DNA of 64,000 nt from Octopus vulgaris (lineage: Eukaryota): the NCBI GenBank assembly GCA_951406725.2, contig OX597826.1:46376001-46440000 (forward strand). The letters run 5' to 3'. Under the pieces are notes generated by a model. That model was not told the DNA's origin. It saw only the letters and a program-made list of their open reading frames with translations, and searched no databases. Shown here in pieces: positions 1 to 12,379 of this stretch (positions within the stretch are counted from its first letter, which is position 1; the number at the start of each line of letters is the position of its first letter). The translations under genes were made by a program, and so were the position numbers.

Positions 1-218
1 TATTATTGAATGCTTTACTTTTGGAGTCTGTTGTATCTTATTCATGATGTAAAAATATTGGATATTAGCAAACATGCGCTTCAAATGTGGAAACTTCTGT
101 GCTCGATTGGTTTGACATAGCCATCAAATCTCCCTAAAGTCACAAGCTACATCTAAAAAATGTAATCACACATTGGACAATAGAGTCCTAGATCTATTAT
201 GATTAAAAACAAACATCA

Positions 219-575
219 ACAAGAGCACTCAAAGAGTGCAGGCCTCTACCAAGGCAACACCAACATCCTCAGATTTTTAAATTGAGAATATCTGAAATAA
301 ACTCGACTGCTCACACAAACAAGAATACTAAAAATGAACCAAACTGCTCTCAAAATTTATGTAAAAATACAGGAAAAATAATCCAGAATCCTTGTCCAGT
401 ATCAGACTGATCCCAAAATCTAATCAGTTCATGCCAGTCACGAGAACAAATATACCTGAGAGTTTCATCGAAATCCATCCAGCGGTTCTTGAGATATCTT
501 GTCCACAGACACACAAACAAACAAACAAACACAACTGAAAACAATACCTCCACCTTCGCTAAGGTGGAGTAATAA
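219..575 (-). mobile_element. Non-autonomous Helentron-type element (HINE/DINE-1-like)
   Basis: Minus strand: 5' palindrome CTCCACCTT-AGCG-AAGGTGGAG, internal (GTTT)n, GGATTTCGATGAAACT core, subterminal repeat CCTTGGTAGAGG, then terminal hairpin GCACTC-TTT-GAGTGC (225-239). Ends sit in TT context. Confidence 0.65.
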
Positions 576-651
576 CAAATTATAAGAACAGTACTTACGT
601 ATGTAATGAACTTTTGGACAGCTGGATCAACCTACACACACACACACACAT

Positions 652-813
652 TGGGTTTCTTTCAGTTTCCTTCTACAAAATCCACTCACAAGACTTTGGT
701 CAGCCTGAGGCTATAGTAGAAGACATTTGCCCAAGGTGCCACACAGTGAGACTGAACCCGGAACCATGTGGTTGGTAAGCAAGCTACTTTTACCACACAA
801 CCACACCTGTGCC
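652..813 (-). mobile_element. SINE family A, 5' half (tRNA-derived head plus CORE-like segment)
   Basis: Reverse complement matches the head of the full copies at 16757 and 27663 (GGTTCAGTC B-box-like, CCTTGGGCAA). Confidence 0.85.
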
Positions 814-879
814 TATATATATATATATAAGCAGTTTCCCAGATTCTTTGGCATGTATATTCCCCACCTTGACTGTAAA

Positions 880-1443
880 GGTGCCCATGTGGCCACATGT
901 AAAATCGTTTGAGCAGTGTCATGTAAAAGCACCCCTACAGTGCCACATAAAAGTATCTCTGCAGCAACATGTAAAAGCATCTGTGCAGCAACACGTAAAA
1001 GCACCAACATGAAAAAGCGTCCATGCAGTACCAAGCAAATGCACCTGTGTGGCAACATGTAAAAGTGCCCATGTAGTGCCACATAAAAACATCATTGCGA
1101 TGCCATGCAAAAGTGTCTGTATGGCATCACATAAAAGTGCACGTGAAGCAACATGTAAAAGCGCACACACAGCATCATGTAGTGCCACGTAAATGCACGC
1201 ATGTGGTGCCACATGAAAGCGCCTGTACAGTATCACGTAAAAGCAACCATGCAGTGCCATGTAATAACATCCAGCACACCCTGTAAAGTGGTCAGGGTAA
1301 GGAAGGGCATCCAGTCATAGAAACCATGCCAAGTCAGAATGGAGTCTGGTGCAGCCCCTCAGCTTGCCAACTCTAATCACACCATTCAACCCATTCCCGC
1401 ATGGATAATGGATTTTAAATGTTGATGATGATGATGACGATGA
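880..1443 (+). mobile_element. RTE LINE 3' UTR fragment with an expanded ~24-bp minisatellite
   Basis: About 16 degenerate units (GTGCCACRTAAAAGCAC...; TAAAA recurs at 900, 924, 948, 972, 996), followed by GGAAGGGCATCCAG...AACCCAT and an (ATG)n tail as in the other copies. Confidence 0.75.
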
Positions 1444-2174
1444 CAATCTGATAGGTCCAAGGACAGCCTCATACTCCAAGAACCAGATGTTGCTAAAACG
1501 CGAGTAGAAACTGCTTCACAAACTCACAGCTCAGAGGGAGAAAGAAAGCTCAACTCTTATTTTACGGCAGATGCCGAAATGGTTCCACATTAAAGACACA
1601 AACAAACTTGATGTTTGATAGAAAATGATTTCAACTGATTAATTCAACTGTCGGGTATCACAAGTAATATTTAATTTATGGGTACCAGAGAGATTTCAGG
1701 CAAGAACTTAAGCAGACACAAATGAATTAACTGTAATACAAGCCACAGTTTCCAGCTTTCTTGCCATCTTCCCACAGAGACATTAGTGTAATCAACAGTT
1801 TCACTTTGAATTTTACTCGCCAATTAATATTATATTAAATCAACCATTGCATCTAAGAATGGCTTTAAGCTTTTGCCACTGGAGAATGTAAATGGTAAAT
1901 CTATTATAAAGGGATCTAACTTAAGTCTGAAGAGAATGATGTTAAGGAGCATTACTGTTGAGCTGCCTGCAATGCAGCTTTTGACTTCTTCATCCCCCTA
2001 AACAGGAGCAGAAAGTGACATAATATTGGTAACTTGAAATACACAAAGGGCAAAAAGCACAACAATAACAAGAACAACATCAAAACTGTAGCAAAAAAAA
2101 AAATAATAATAATCACTTTCTAAAATTGCAGAATAGCCATTTTCAAAATTTCAGCCCCTTACCCACAAAACATT

Positions 2175-2176
<2 letters not shown>

Positions 2177-2228
<52 letters not shown>

Positions 2229-2251
2229 GTAATAATAATAATAATAATAAT
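2177..2251. repeat. (AAT)n microsatellite
   Basis: Direct reading. Confidence 0.95.
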
Positions 2252-2382
2252 GGGGAGGGGTCATATTAGCATAAAAGAAAACATATTAGGTTCCTTAAAC
2301 AATCTAAACAGCTGTTATAAATTTTCCCAAAGAATCAATTCCAAAAACACATATTAAGCTTAGTTAATCCCAGATCAGTAAA

Positions 2383-2432
2383 TTATGCAGGATAAAGTTG
2401 CTGGTCGTCTACAAATGACTTCAAGTTTAAAT
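2383..2432 (-). CDS. Candidate short terminal coding exon, (x)LNLKSFVDDQQLYPA*
   Basis: Strong minus-strand acceptor TTTTGTTTCTTTTCTCAG, then a phase-1 open frame to TAA in non-repetitive sequence. No homology recognised. Confidence 0.25.
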
Positions 2433-2564
2433 CTGAGAAAAGAAACAAAACGCTGCAGTCTAGCAGATGATCCATTTTACAAGAGTTCCTCTCTCAAACA
2501 GAGAAACATATTTTTTGGAATCACACGCAAAAATAAGGCTTTCATTTCTTTTGGACCTCTATCT

Positions 2565-2631
2565 GTGTGTATGAGTGTATGTATAATATATAAATATATC
2601 TGAGTGTACATACATATATTTGTATGCATAT

Positions 2632-2666
<35 letters not shown>

Positions 2667-2789
2667 CATGTGCACACATAAATTCATGTATGTATACATG
2701 TGTGCACATGAACATATACCTGTGTGAGTGTGTCAAGTATATACATACATATATATATATATATGTGTGTGTGTATGTATACATATATG

Positions 2790-2835
<46 letters not shown>

Positions 2836-2959
2836 TATATACATATATATATATACATACATATATATATATATATACACACACACACTCACACAGTCAT
2901 ATATTTATGTACACACATGTATGCATACATATTTTCCTACATGAATTTATGTGTGCACG

Positions 2960-3005
<46 letters not shown>

Positions 3006-3061
3006 GTACACTCAGATATATTTATATTTTATACATACATGTATATATATGTATATATATA

Positions 3062-3115
<54 letters not shown>

Positions 3116-3140
3116 CATATGTGTATGTATGTGTGTGCTG
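2565..3140. repeat. Compound (TA)n/(TG)n/(CA)n microsatellite
   Basis: Direct reading; source of the YI-repeat ORFs. Confidence 0.95.
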
Positions 3141-3305
3141 ATGTGTTTCTGATGATGTAATCAAGAAGTATAGATATCATTTAACACTTTAACTTCTCCC
3201 TGTGTTTATGAATTTCTCCGTAAACATACAAGCCTCGTACATGGATGCCATTCCAATCAGTATTGGAATACATGCTAAGTCGCTCGCTAGAAAAAAAATA
3301 ATAAC

Positions 3306-3345
<40 letters not shown>

Positions 3346-3829
3346 ACAAATCAAACAAGAAAAATATAACTATAATAGAAAAAAAATATAAAGAAAAAAA
3401 AACAACTACCAGCATATACATGTGCGTGTGTGTATATATATATATATATATAAATGAATTAAAAAAAAAATATATATATATATATAAATGAATTTTTTTA
3501 AATATACATGTATGTGAATATATGCATGTGTGTATGTGTGTGTTTATGTGTGTGTCTGTGTAAATAGTAAAAGACAGAAATTTCCTTTTTCAATAGAAAT
3601 TCTGTATTAGAACAAATATCAAAAATGTCACCTTCAATAATATATTGACTTAAGAATTGCTACAGTGGAACTTCCAACTTTCTCTTTTATTGAATATGTG
3701 CATGCATGTATATTCATACATAGATATATATACCATCATATATATATATATATATATGATTTTTTAAAGTGATAAAAGGATAAAAGGTAAAAATGCAATG
3801 GTTTTTTAATCATTAAAAAAAAAGGTGCC

Positions 3830-3891
<62 letters not shown>

Positions 3892-4093
3892 ATGTGTTTG
3901 TGTGTATATTTTTAAAAAATTCATATTATATTTGATATAATATAAATTGAGAGGGCTATCCATGTAATTTTTGCAAGGAATGGCAAAATTTCATATCTAT
4001 GCAATAATTTCCAATAAAATAGACATCAAAACTGAAAAGAAAATTTAAGAATGCATGCAGCTATATACATATATATATATACATATAGGTAGT

Positions 4094-4138
<45 letters not shown>

Positions 4139-4515
4139 CATACATGCATGCAAACATAGGTAGATAGATAGATATAGAAATATATGTAATGGATATAGGT
4201 TTATGTGTGTGACACACACATCTATCTATCTATATTTATCTACATACATACATCATCATCATTTAACGTCCGCCATCCATACACACATGTGTGAGTGTAT
4301 GTATGTATGTATGTATGTATGTATGTAGGCTATTTAGATGTCTTATTGAAATAACTAAGTGAAGTAAATATGAAGGAAGTCACAAAAAAAAATATACAAG
4401 AAATAGCTAAAATTTCTAGAATTAAATAAGAACGTTGCAAAAGATTAGTTCAACATGCTTGTTTTGTTTCTTAATATTATCATCATCATCAATAGTATTA
4501 TTATTACTATTATTA

Positions 4516-4566
<51 letters not shown>

Positions 4567-4839
4567 TTTTGAACCATTCTTCTGCCTTCTTCCTTTTTTT
4601 TTCTCAATAGATAAATATTGAGAAATATGAAAAGAAAACAAGATATAGAAGCATGCACACGTGCTCACACACACACACACATACACATATACACACACAC
4701 ACATGCATAGCTATTGTATCAATGCTAAAAATGTGAAAACAAACATGGCAAGGCAAAAGTATTTAATACTGAAATGACAGACTGAAATGAAATACAAGGA
4801 AAGAAGAGTGGGACAGAGGAGAAGAAGGAAGCTGTTGCA

Positions 4840-5120
4840 GTTTATGTATGTATGTATGTAAAAATGTATCATGCATATATGCATATATATATATATATGT
4901 ATGTGTATATGTGTGTGAGAGCATGTGTATGCATGCATTTGGGTAGGTGTGCATGTCTGTATATATACATGTGTATATATATATGTGTGTGAGTGTGTGT
5001 GTACATACATACACTTACACACACACATATCCACATATACATTTGCATGCATATCTACATATATGTATATACATATCAGTGCATATATGTGTGTATATGT
5101 GTGTCTGTGAATGTATATGT

Positions 5121-5165
<45 letters not shown>

Positions 5166-5201
5166 AGAGAGAGAGAGAGAGAGAGAGTGTGTGTGTATAT
5201 A

Positions 5202-5249
<48 letters not shown>

Positions 5250-5289
5250 TCTCTCTCTGTATATGTATATATATGTATATATATATGTG

Positions 5290-5369
<80 letters not shown>

Positions 5370-5370
5370 C

Positions 5371-5401
<31 letters not shown>

Positions 5402-5441
5402 AATGTGTATGTGTGTGTATATATATATATATTTATGTGTA

Positions 5442-5490
<49 letters not shown>

Positions 5491-5645
5491 ATATATATAT
5501 ATATATATATGTGTGTATGTATATATATATATACACACACACACATACATGCATGTGTATGTATACATGTACATACAGTTCTGTATGCGTGCATAGGTAT
5601 ATCAATGTGTGTGTGTGTACGTGTGTGTAAGTATGCATACATGCA
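4840..5645. repeat. Compound (TA)n/(TG)n/(GA)n microsatellite
   Basis: Direct reading. Confidence 0.95.
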
Positions 5646-5899
5646 TCAGATTACAACGTAATTTAAAAACTATGCTGTTATTTTGTGCACCAGAGAATGA
5701 CCAATATACAAACAGTATATTAATTTCATGTAATATTACATTATAATATGAAAATTAAAGAAACACGACTACTAGAGAATACAACCAAGGCTGAATGAAA
5801 TATATCGCAATACAATTTCATAAATCGCACATTAAATATATTCTTCAATTACCAATTAATTTACACATGAAAGATAGAAACACTAACTGCTACAGTATT

Positions 5900-6297
5900 G
5901 TATATATATACATATATATATACATATATATACATATACATATATATACATATGCATACATATATATATATACATATATATACATATATATACATATATA
6001 TACATATATATACATATACATATATATATATATATATACATACATATATACATATACATACATATATACATACATATATATACATATATATATATATACA
6101 TATATATATACATACATATATATAAATATACATACATATATACATATACATACATATATACATACATATATATACATATATATATATATACATATATATA
6201 TACATACATATATATAAATATACATACATACATATATATATATATACATACATATATATATATACATACATACATATACATACATATATATACATAC

Positions 6298-6329
<32 letters not shown>

Positions 6330-6485
6330 ATACATACATATATAAATATACATATATATATATATATATACATACATATACATATACAGACGCTAAACGA
6401 TGATGATGATGATATATATATATATATATATAAAATGTATAGACATTGTTGTATGTATGCATGTATGTATATGTGTGTATACACA
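5900..6485. repeat. (TA)n/(TACA)n compound microsatellite
   Basis: Direct reading. Confidence 0.95.
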
Positions 6486-6594
6486 GTGATAAGGGGAGAC
6501 GTTCAGTGCATCACTTCTACACAATGTGGTGTATATGGGACTGTGTTTGTATGTCACAATAAAGTACTTTTGGTGCATTTTATATAGATGATTG

Positions 6595-7382
6595 GTAGAT
6601 GTGGTTGTGTGGCAAGATGTTTGCTTCTCGACCGCATGGTCTCAGGTTCAATCCCACCGAGTGGTAATTTAGGCAAGTGTCTTTCTATTGTAGCCCAGAA
6701 TGACCAAAGTCCTGTTAGTCTGGATGGAAGCACTCCGTCGGTTATGACGACGAGGGTTCCGGTTGATCCGATCAACGGAACAGCCTACTCGTGAAATTAA
6801 CGTGTAAGTGGCTGAGCACTCCACAGACACGTGTACCCTTAACGTAGTTCTCGGGGATATTCAGCATGACACAGAAATACAGGTACAACAGAAACAGGAA
6901 GTAAGAGAGAGAAAGTTGTGGTGAAAGAGTACAGCAGGGATCACCACCATCTCTGCCGGACCCTCGTGGAGCTTTAGGTGTTTTCCCTCAATAACCACTC
7001 ACAACGCCCGGTCTGGGAATCGAAACCGCGATCCTACGACTGCGAGTCCGCTGCCCTAACCACTGGGCCATTGCGCCTCCTCCTGTTAGTCTATTTGGTA
7101 GACAGAGACTGAAAGAAGCTCATTGTGTATATTATGTGTACATGTGTGTGTGTGTTTCTGTCTCTTTATCTTCGTTTCATGTGATAGTTGTAAATGGATG
7201 CTACCAGCATGCAAGAGGCGTTTTCCATTTTTAATCTTCCATGAAAGCATGTCAAATCATTAGAAAATATTGCCTCATTTGGATACAGGTGAGGGTTTGT
7301 AACAGGAAGGGAGTTTGACTGTAGAAAATCTGCCGTGACAAATTTCATCCAATCCATGCAAAGCATGGAAAAAAGGATGTTA
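6595..7382 (+). mobile_element. Diverged SINE with family A head and RTE-like 3' tail, interrupted by a family B SINE
   Basis: Head 6595-6721 resumes at 7081. Tail ACAGGAAGGG...TGTAGAAAATCTGCC...CCATGCAAAGCATGGAAAA resembles the RTE 3' end in this window. Confidence 0.7.
6722..7080 (-). mobile_element. SINE family B, near full length, with 12-bp target-site duplication
   Basis: Minus strand begins GGAGGCGCAATGGCCCAGTGGTTAGGG (A box)...GGTTTCGATTCC (B box). Flanked by TCCTGTTAGTCT at 6710-6721 and 7081-7092. Confidence 0.9.
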
Positions 7383-7384
7383 CT

Positions 7385-7597
7385 CTCTTTTTTTTTTACT
7401 TGTTTCAGTTATTTGACTGTGGCCAAGCTGGAGCACCGCCTTTAGCCAAGCACATCAACCCCAAGACTTATTCTTTGTAAGCCTAGTACTTATTCTATCA
7501 GTCTCTTTTGCTGAACCGCTAAGTTACAGGGATGTAAACACACCAGCATCGGTTGTCAAGTGATGTTGGGGGGACAAACACAGCCACACAAACATAT

Positions 7598-7632
<35 letters not shown>

Positions 7633-7806
7633 CATATATACGACAGGCTTCTTTCAGTTTCCGTCTATCAAATCCACTCACAAGTCTTTGGTTGGCCCGA
7701 GGCTATATTAGAAGACCCCTGCCCAAAGTGCCACGCAGCGGGACTGAATCCAGAACTATGTAGTTCGTAAGCAAGCTACTTACCACACAGCCACTCCTAC
7801 ACCTAT
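7385..7806 (-). mobile_element. SINE family A, full length
   Basis: tRNA-like head, internal (TA)n(TG)n, 3' end CAAATAACTGAAACAAGTAAAA. Confidence 0.9.
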
Positions 7807-8177
7807 GTTAAATGACAACAGTGATAATGATGATAATGTATATTTGGCAGCTAAAATATGCACACTTATAGAGGCATATTTGATTAGTACTGAATACATA
7901 CGCAATGAGGCACACATAGTGTCTATATAATATTGAAAACAAGCCACAGCTCCATCACTCAAGAGGTGAGTACGACTTGATAGAATGTAACATGCTTCTG
8001 CGAATTGTTTTAGCTATTCAGTACCCTCTATAAAAATTGGTGTGGATGATGTATTGGAAGCCAATCTCAAAATGCTGAACCTTATAAAGGAAATGACAGA
8101 GGACCAAGGATATATGGTGCATTGCTGTGCCCAAGAAGACCCACCCAACACAACAGAATAGAGATCCTAAAACCAAG

Positions 8178-8408
8178 GTGCCATGTAAAAAGCACAGGTG
8201 CTGGTGCCACATAAAAAACACTGGTAATGGTGCCATGTTAAAAGCACCCAGTACACTCTGTGAAGGAACTGGTGTTAGGAAGGGCATCAGTCATAGAAAT
8301 CAAGCCAAAACAAACTATGGAACCTAGTGGGGTCCCTGGCCATGCCAGTTCCTGTCAATCCTTCCCACCCATGCCAGCATGAAAAACACTAAATGCTGCT
8401 GATGATGG
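8178..8408 (+). mobile_element. RTE LINE 3' UTR fragment
   Basis: GTGCCATGTAAAAAGCAC units, TTAGGAAGGGCATC, ACCCATGCCAGCATG. Confidence 0.75.
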
Positions 8409-8659
8409 TTCATGTGGTTGTGAGCAGACACAGAGACTCTCTCAACCCTTCCACTTTTGACCCAGTGCAACATCTAGCACAGGAAACCTTTTGCAAGAAG
8501 CAGGCCTCATAAGACATGGCTCAACATCATATAGGCCACATTATTAATAATTGAAGTAAATTTTTTAATAGGCAAGCTACATGTAGATCCCATGGCGGAT
8601 CTAGGATGAGAGAGAGAGAGTACACCAACAAGTACAGTACAGAGGGAAAATGGAGAAGT

Positions 8660-9060
8660 GATTTTGTTATAAATATCTTACATCAGAATTAGTCAGGAGG
8701 AAGGGTTTGTGGCGCATGATCTGAGATGATTGAGATTGAGATGGTTAGTGTTCCTTTTGAACAGTTCCAAGTCAATGATCATAGGAAAAACAAGTGTAGG
8801 ATAAGATATCCAGAGAGCCAAAGTTCTGGGAAAAAACAGGGAACAGAGATTAATACAGGGTCTAGGAGTAGGGCAGGAACAATACAAATAAAGAGAACAG
8901 AATCAAGTAAATCAATAGTTTTTGAGTAGCAGTGGTGCAAGCAGTTCTGATAAAGCAGAGGCCATTGTAATAGCAGTGAAAGATGGTAATGAAAGGACAC
9001 AGCACTCTGTGGAGCCAAGGTCAGAGTGTGTTTGCAGTAGCTACCAATTTATGAATAATG
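8660..9060 (-). mobile_element. CR1-group LINE 3' end relic
   Basis: Minus-strand translation FFPRTLALWISYPTLVFP..DLELFKRNTN resembles the C-terminal FFPRT..LWN.LP motif of CR1/L2/Jockey-group ORF2; related to 21050-21390. Confidence 0.6.
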
Positions 9061-9099
9061 AGTATGATAGGGCTCCTCCAAAGAATCTCCGGAGCCACT

Positions 9100-9375
9100 A
9101 GTTATCCACATTAAGCGATCACAGCTCCGATTCTACAGACATGCAATCAGAACTGCAAGATGGATTCTTCAAGCTGAGCCAAATGACAGAAGACCTCGAG
9201 GTAGACCAAGAACGCAATGGTAGCATAATATCCATAATCTCAATTTGTCACACTTGGCAATTCAGCCAGAAAATCTAATGATAGTGGCCTTATGGAGAAA
9301 GTGTCTGGGGACTCTGCCAGCAAGACCCTTCCAGGAATAGTGAGTGGAGAAAATGGATGGATGAATAGATGGATA
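9100..9375 (+). mobile_element. RTE-clade LINE 3' fragment with (GGAT)n tail
   Basis: Translation HIKRSQLRFYRHAIR...RRPRGRPRTQW is the RTE C-terminal motif; related copy at 43590-43863. Confidence 0.7.
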
Positions 9376-10650
9376 GAGTTTGAATCTTGCTACAGACATT
9401 ACAGAAACTTATGGCTATGCTGTAGGACCCTGATGATGGCCTTGGAATATAGAGAACAATGGCAAATTAGAAATAAGCCAGTCTTGATTGAGATGCCTTT
9501 GGCTAAGCATTATAGACTCTTCCAGTAATTTTGACATAAACATATATATCATCATCATCATTGTTTAATGTCCACCTTCCATGGCAGCATAAATTCTCAA
9601 GTAGAATCAGTGTATGTCAAGGCTTGCACAAATTAAAGATATAGTCCATACAATGACCTTTTGCAGTTTTTGTCTACCTAATTTCACTTGGGTTGACTAG
9701 AGGCTAAGGTAAAGAAACCTGCCCAATATGCCAAGTGGTAGTATTGAACCAAGAACCTCATGGTTGTGAAGCAAACTTCTTAACAATTCAACCATTGGTA
9801 AAGGATACAGCACATAAACAATATATTACATATTGCAATAGATGGACTTTAAAGGAATGCATATTCTAAGAAAATATATAGCAAAATTTAAGGGGAAGTT
9901 ATTTGAAATAGGCTGGCAGCCTATCCTGGGACAGAAAAAAAGAATTTCTTCTGCTTCTGCACAAACTTAGTGAGTCAAGAGCCCTGTACCAGATTATGAA
10001 CCCCAGAGGTTGATTTTAAGGAAGGGTAAACTAAGCAATTATAAGTGTGGGTAGTTATGCCATACATTCCACAAAGCAGGAATAGATGTAAATCTGAGGA
10101 CAATGGGGCATTTAGCTCTTGTGTGATCAGAGCAATTCTGTAGTGTGAAAGTTGCAGAAAGCAAGATAAAGTTTTGGTAATCTATATATCAAAAGAATTC
10201 AATGGCTAGCTTTGTTGAGCAAAGAATATGTTTTAGAGATGAATAATTCCTTTCATTGCATTGTGTGGCAAGTTTGGTAAATCCATTTAAATTTGCAGCT
10301 TCAACTTCTATTTCTAAACTATAGATTGCTGTTATATGACAGAACTAACCACGCATTTCTGGTCATGCTTTGGTACCAACAGAATATATTACATAGGCAG
10401 CTGTTGCTTAAGGTATGGTCGGGGAAGGGGGTAGCCTGGCTTATATATATATATATGTAAGTACAAATGCTTCTTGAATATTGTCATATTGTTTATTATT
10501 GAGTAGAGAGCAAGAGAGAGAATAGGAGTGGCAAAAAGTGGAGTGGTGTGACAGCTCTTGTGTGGTACATGGGGAGCTAGTGATGTTTAAAATGATTGAA
10601 CTTTGGTGTAGTAACAACTGATATCAGAAATATATATATATATATATATA

Positions 10651-10860
10651 CAGGGTGTCCCAGAAGTCACGCACCATTCTGGTTTCCATTAAAAATAATT
10701 AAAGCATTTTATTTCATTATATTTTTTTCGGCATATTTATTGTAGAGGGTGCTCAATTTTCATCATTTCTAACGATTAATTTCAATAAAGTGTTTATGAA
10801 ATCAATAAGGGTGTATTCTTTTACAAAACCACAGTGGTGCGCAACTTCTGGGACACCCTG
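10651..10860. mobile_element. Tc1/mariner-type MITE (210 bp)
   Basis: TIR CAGGGTGTCCCAGAAGT...ACTTCTGGGACACCCTG (17 bp perfect, about 35 bp imperfect), inserted in (TA)n. Confidence 0.9.
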
Positions 10861-11594
10861 AATATATATGTGTATATATATATATTCTGCCTTCTCTGAA
10901 TAGTGAAGATTGATAGCAAACGAACTAAAATTCACATTGAAGGTGCAGGAACTGCAAACTGTGCTTTGAGTTGCAGCTTTCTTATATGTCAAAGATATTC
11001 CTTAGCTTCTTCATAAAGAAAGATCCAAAAATCAACAACTAACCCTGGAATGGAAAATATCAACTAAAACCTTTGAGGGCAGTACTCCAGCATGACCACA
11101 GTGTAATGAACTGGTAAATGGTTTTAAAACAATGAAAACCTAAAATAAACACTTCTAGAAGATGAGGAGATAACATGGAGTAGCCAGCTATCAATCACCC
11201 AGATAATTTTATACTGCTTTCTCTCTATCTTATGCAGTGGTTCTCAACGAATTGTAACTCAACACTTCCTATTACTGAATGGCATTTTATAAACACACCC
11301 CCTACCATGTTTCACAATAATAATTATAACAATAATAAAAAAAAAAAATCACAGACAGAAGCTAATTTGCACATAGTTTTATTGTCAGTCATGTTTCTGC
11401 TCTCTGATAATACAATGTCCAATGCACATTCTTCTCTCAACAAAGATATTTTAAAAATATAAATTCCGTACTAGGTTTGACCTTAATATTTTACTTGTTT
11501 CAGTCATTGGACTGCAGCCATGCTGGGGTAAAGGTTTTAATCGAACTTGAGATACTCATCCTGCCTTGGTTTTTGATGTCCTTTTCTTCTCATA

Positions 11595-11628
<34 letters not shown>

Positions 11629-11629
11629 T

Positions 11630-11832
11630 GTCTTTATGCCCATGTTTGTCTCACCATTTCACAACTGGTGTTATTGTGTTTACATCCCTGTAACTTAGTG
11701 GTTCAGCAAAAGAGACCGATAGAATAAGTACTAGGCTTAAGAAATAAGTCTTAGAGTAAATTTGTTTGACTAAAACCCTTCAAAGTGGTGCTCCAGCATG
11801 GTTGCAGTCAAAATGACTGAAACCAGTAAAAT
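11630..11832 (+). mobile_element. SINE family A, 3' half
   Basis: GAGACCGATAGAATAAGTACTAGGC...GCTCCAGCATGG...TGACTGAAAC. Confidence 0.8.
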
Positions 11833-11910
11833 AGAAAAAAAAAAAGAAATGAAAAGAACAACTTTTATCTCATTGAAGTTAAATATATATTGTAATATAA
11901 TATAATATAA

Positions 11911-12327
11911 TGGGGCTACAAACTACAGTAGCATCCACCCTTAGGGGTTAGCCATATTCAAATGGCAAATATACGACACGATGTGTTGCCGCTACTGTTT
12001 ATAACTCGCTCTGAGATTTATCATTGTTTGATTTCACTTTTTCAATATCAGTGTCAATCGATACTGGAAAAAATATATGTATTTGTGAGGGGATCTGACT
12101 TCTCGTCGACAACTATGATTGTCACACGCCGATGATAGGTCAATACCTTGAAACTCGAGTCCATGTGTATCATAAGTTGAAGACGGGAAGGATGACTTCC
12201 TTTCACAAATACTGATAGGTCACAGAAAGTGTGTCTATAGCCAGATGGAGGAGGTGTCTTCCTGGGGCTACAAACTACAGTAGCATCCACCCTTAGGGGT
12301 TAGCCATATTCAAATGGCAAATATACG
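11911..12327 (+). mobile_element. Retrozyme-like or Penelope pseudo-LTR-like element: 352-nt unit plus exact 65-nt terminal direct repeat
   Basis: 11911-11975 is identical to 12263-12327. Internal hammerhead motif; flanked by (TATAA)n-like sequence. Confidence 0.7.
12123..12167 (+). ncRNA. Type I hammerhead ribozyme motif (variant core)
   Basis: CACACG-CCGATGA-T-AGGT/CAAT/ACCT-T-GAAA-CTCGAG-TC^-CATGTG; palindromic stem III ACTCGAGT; stem I extends further. Confidence 0.75.
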
Positions 12328-12379
12328 TCATAACATAATATAATTATAGTCTAATTAGCATTCCACAATTTATGATGAG

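Noticed and set aside
880-1290. Regularly spaced repeat resembling a CRISPR array
   Set aside because: 24-bp degenerate tandem units with no unique spacers, no cas genes and a eukaryotic context; derives from the RTE 3' UTR.
7005-7080. tRNA-like sequence on the minus strand (also the heads at 16757, 27663 and 60800)
   Set aside because: A/B boxes run straight into SINE bodies, with a TSD in one case; these are SINE heads, not tRNA genes.
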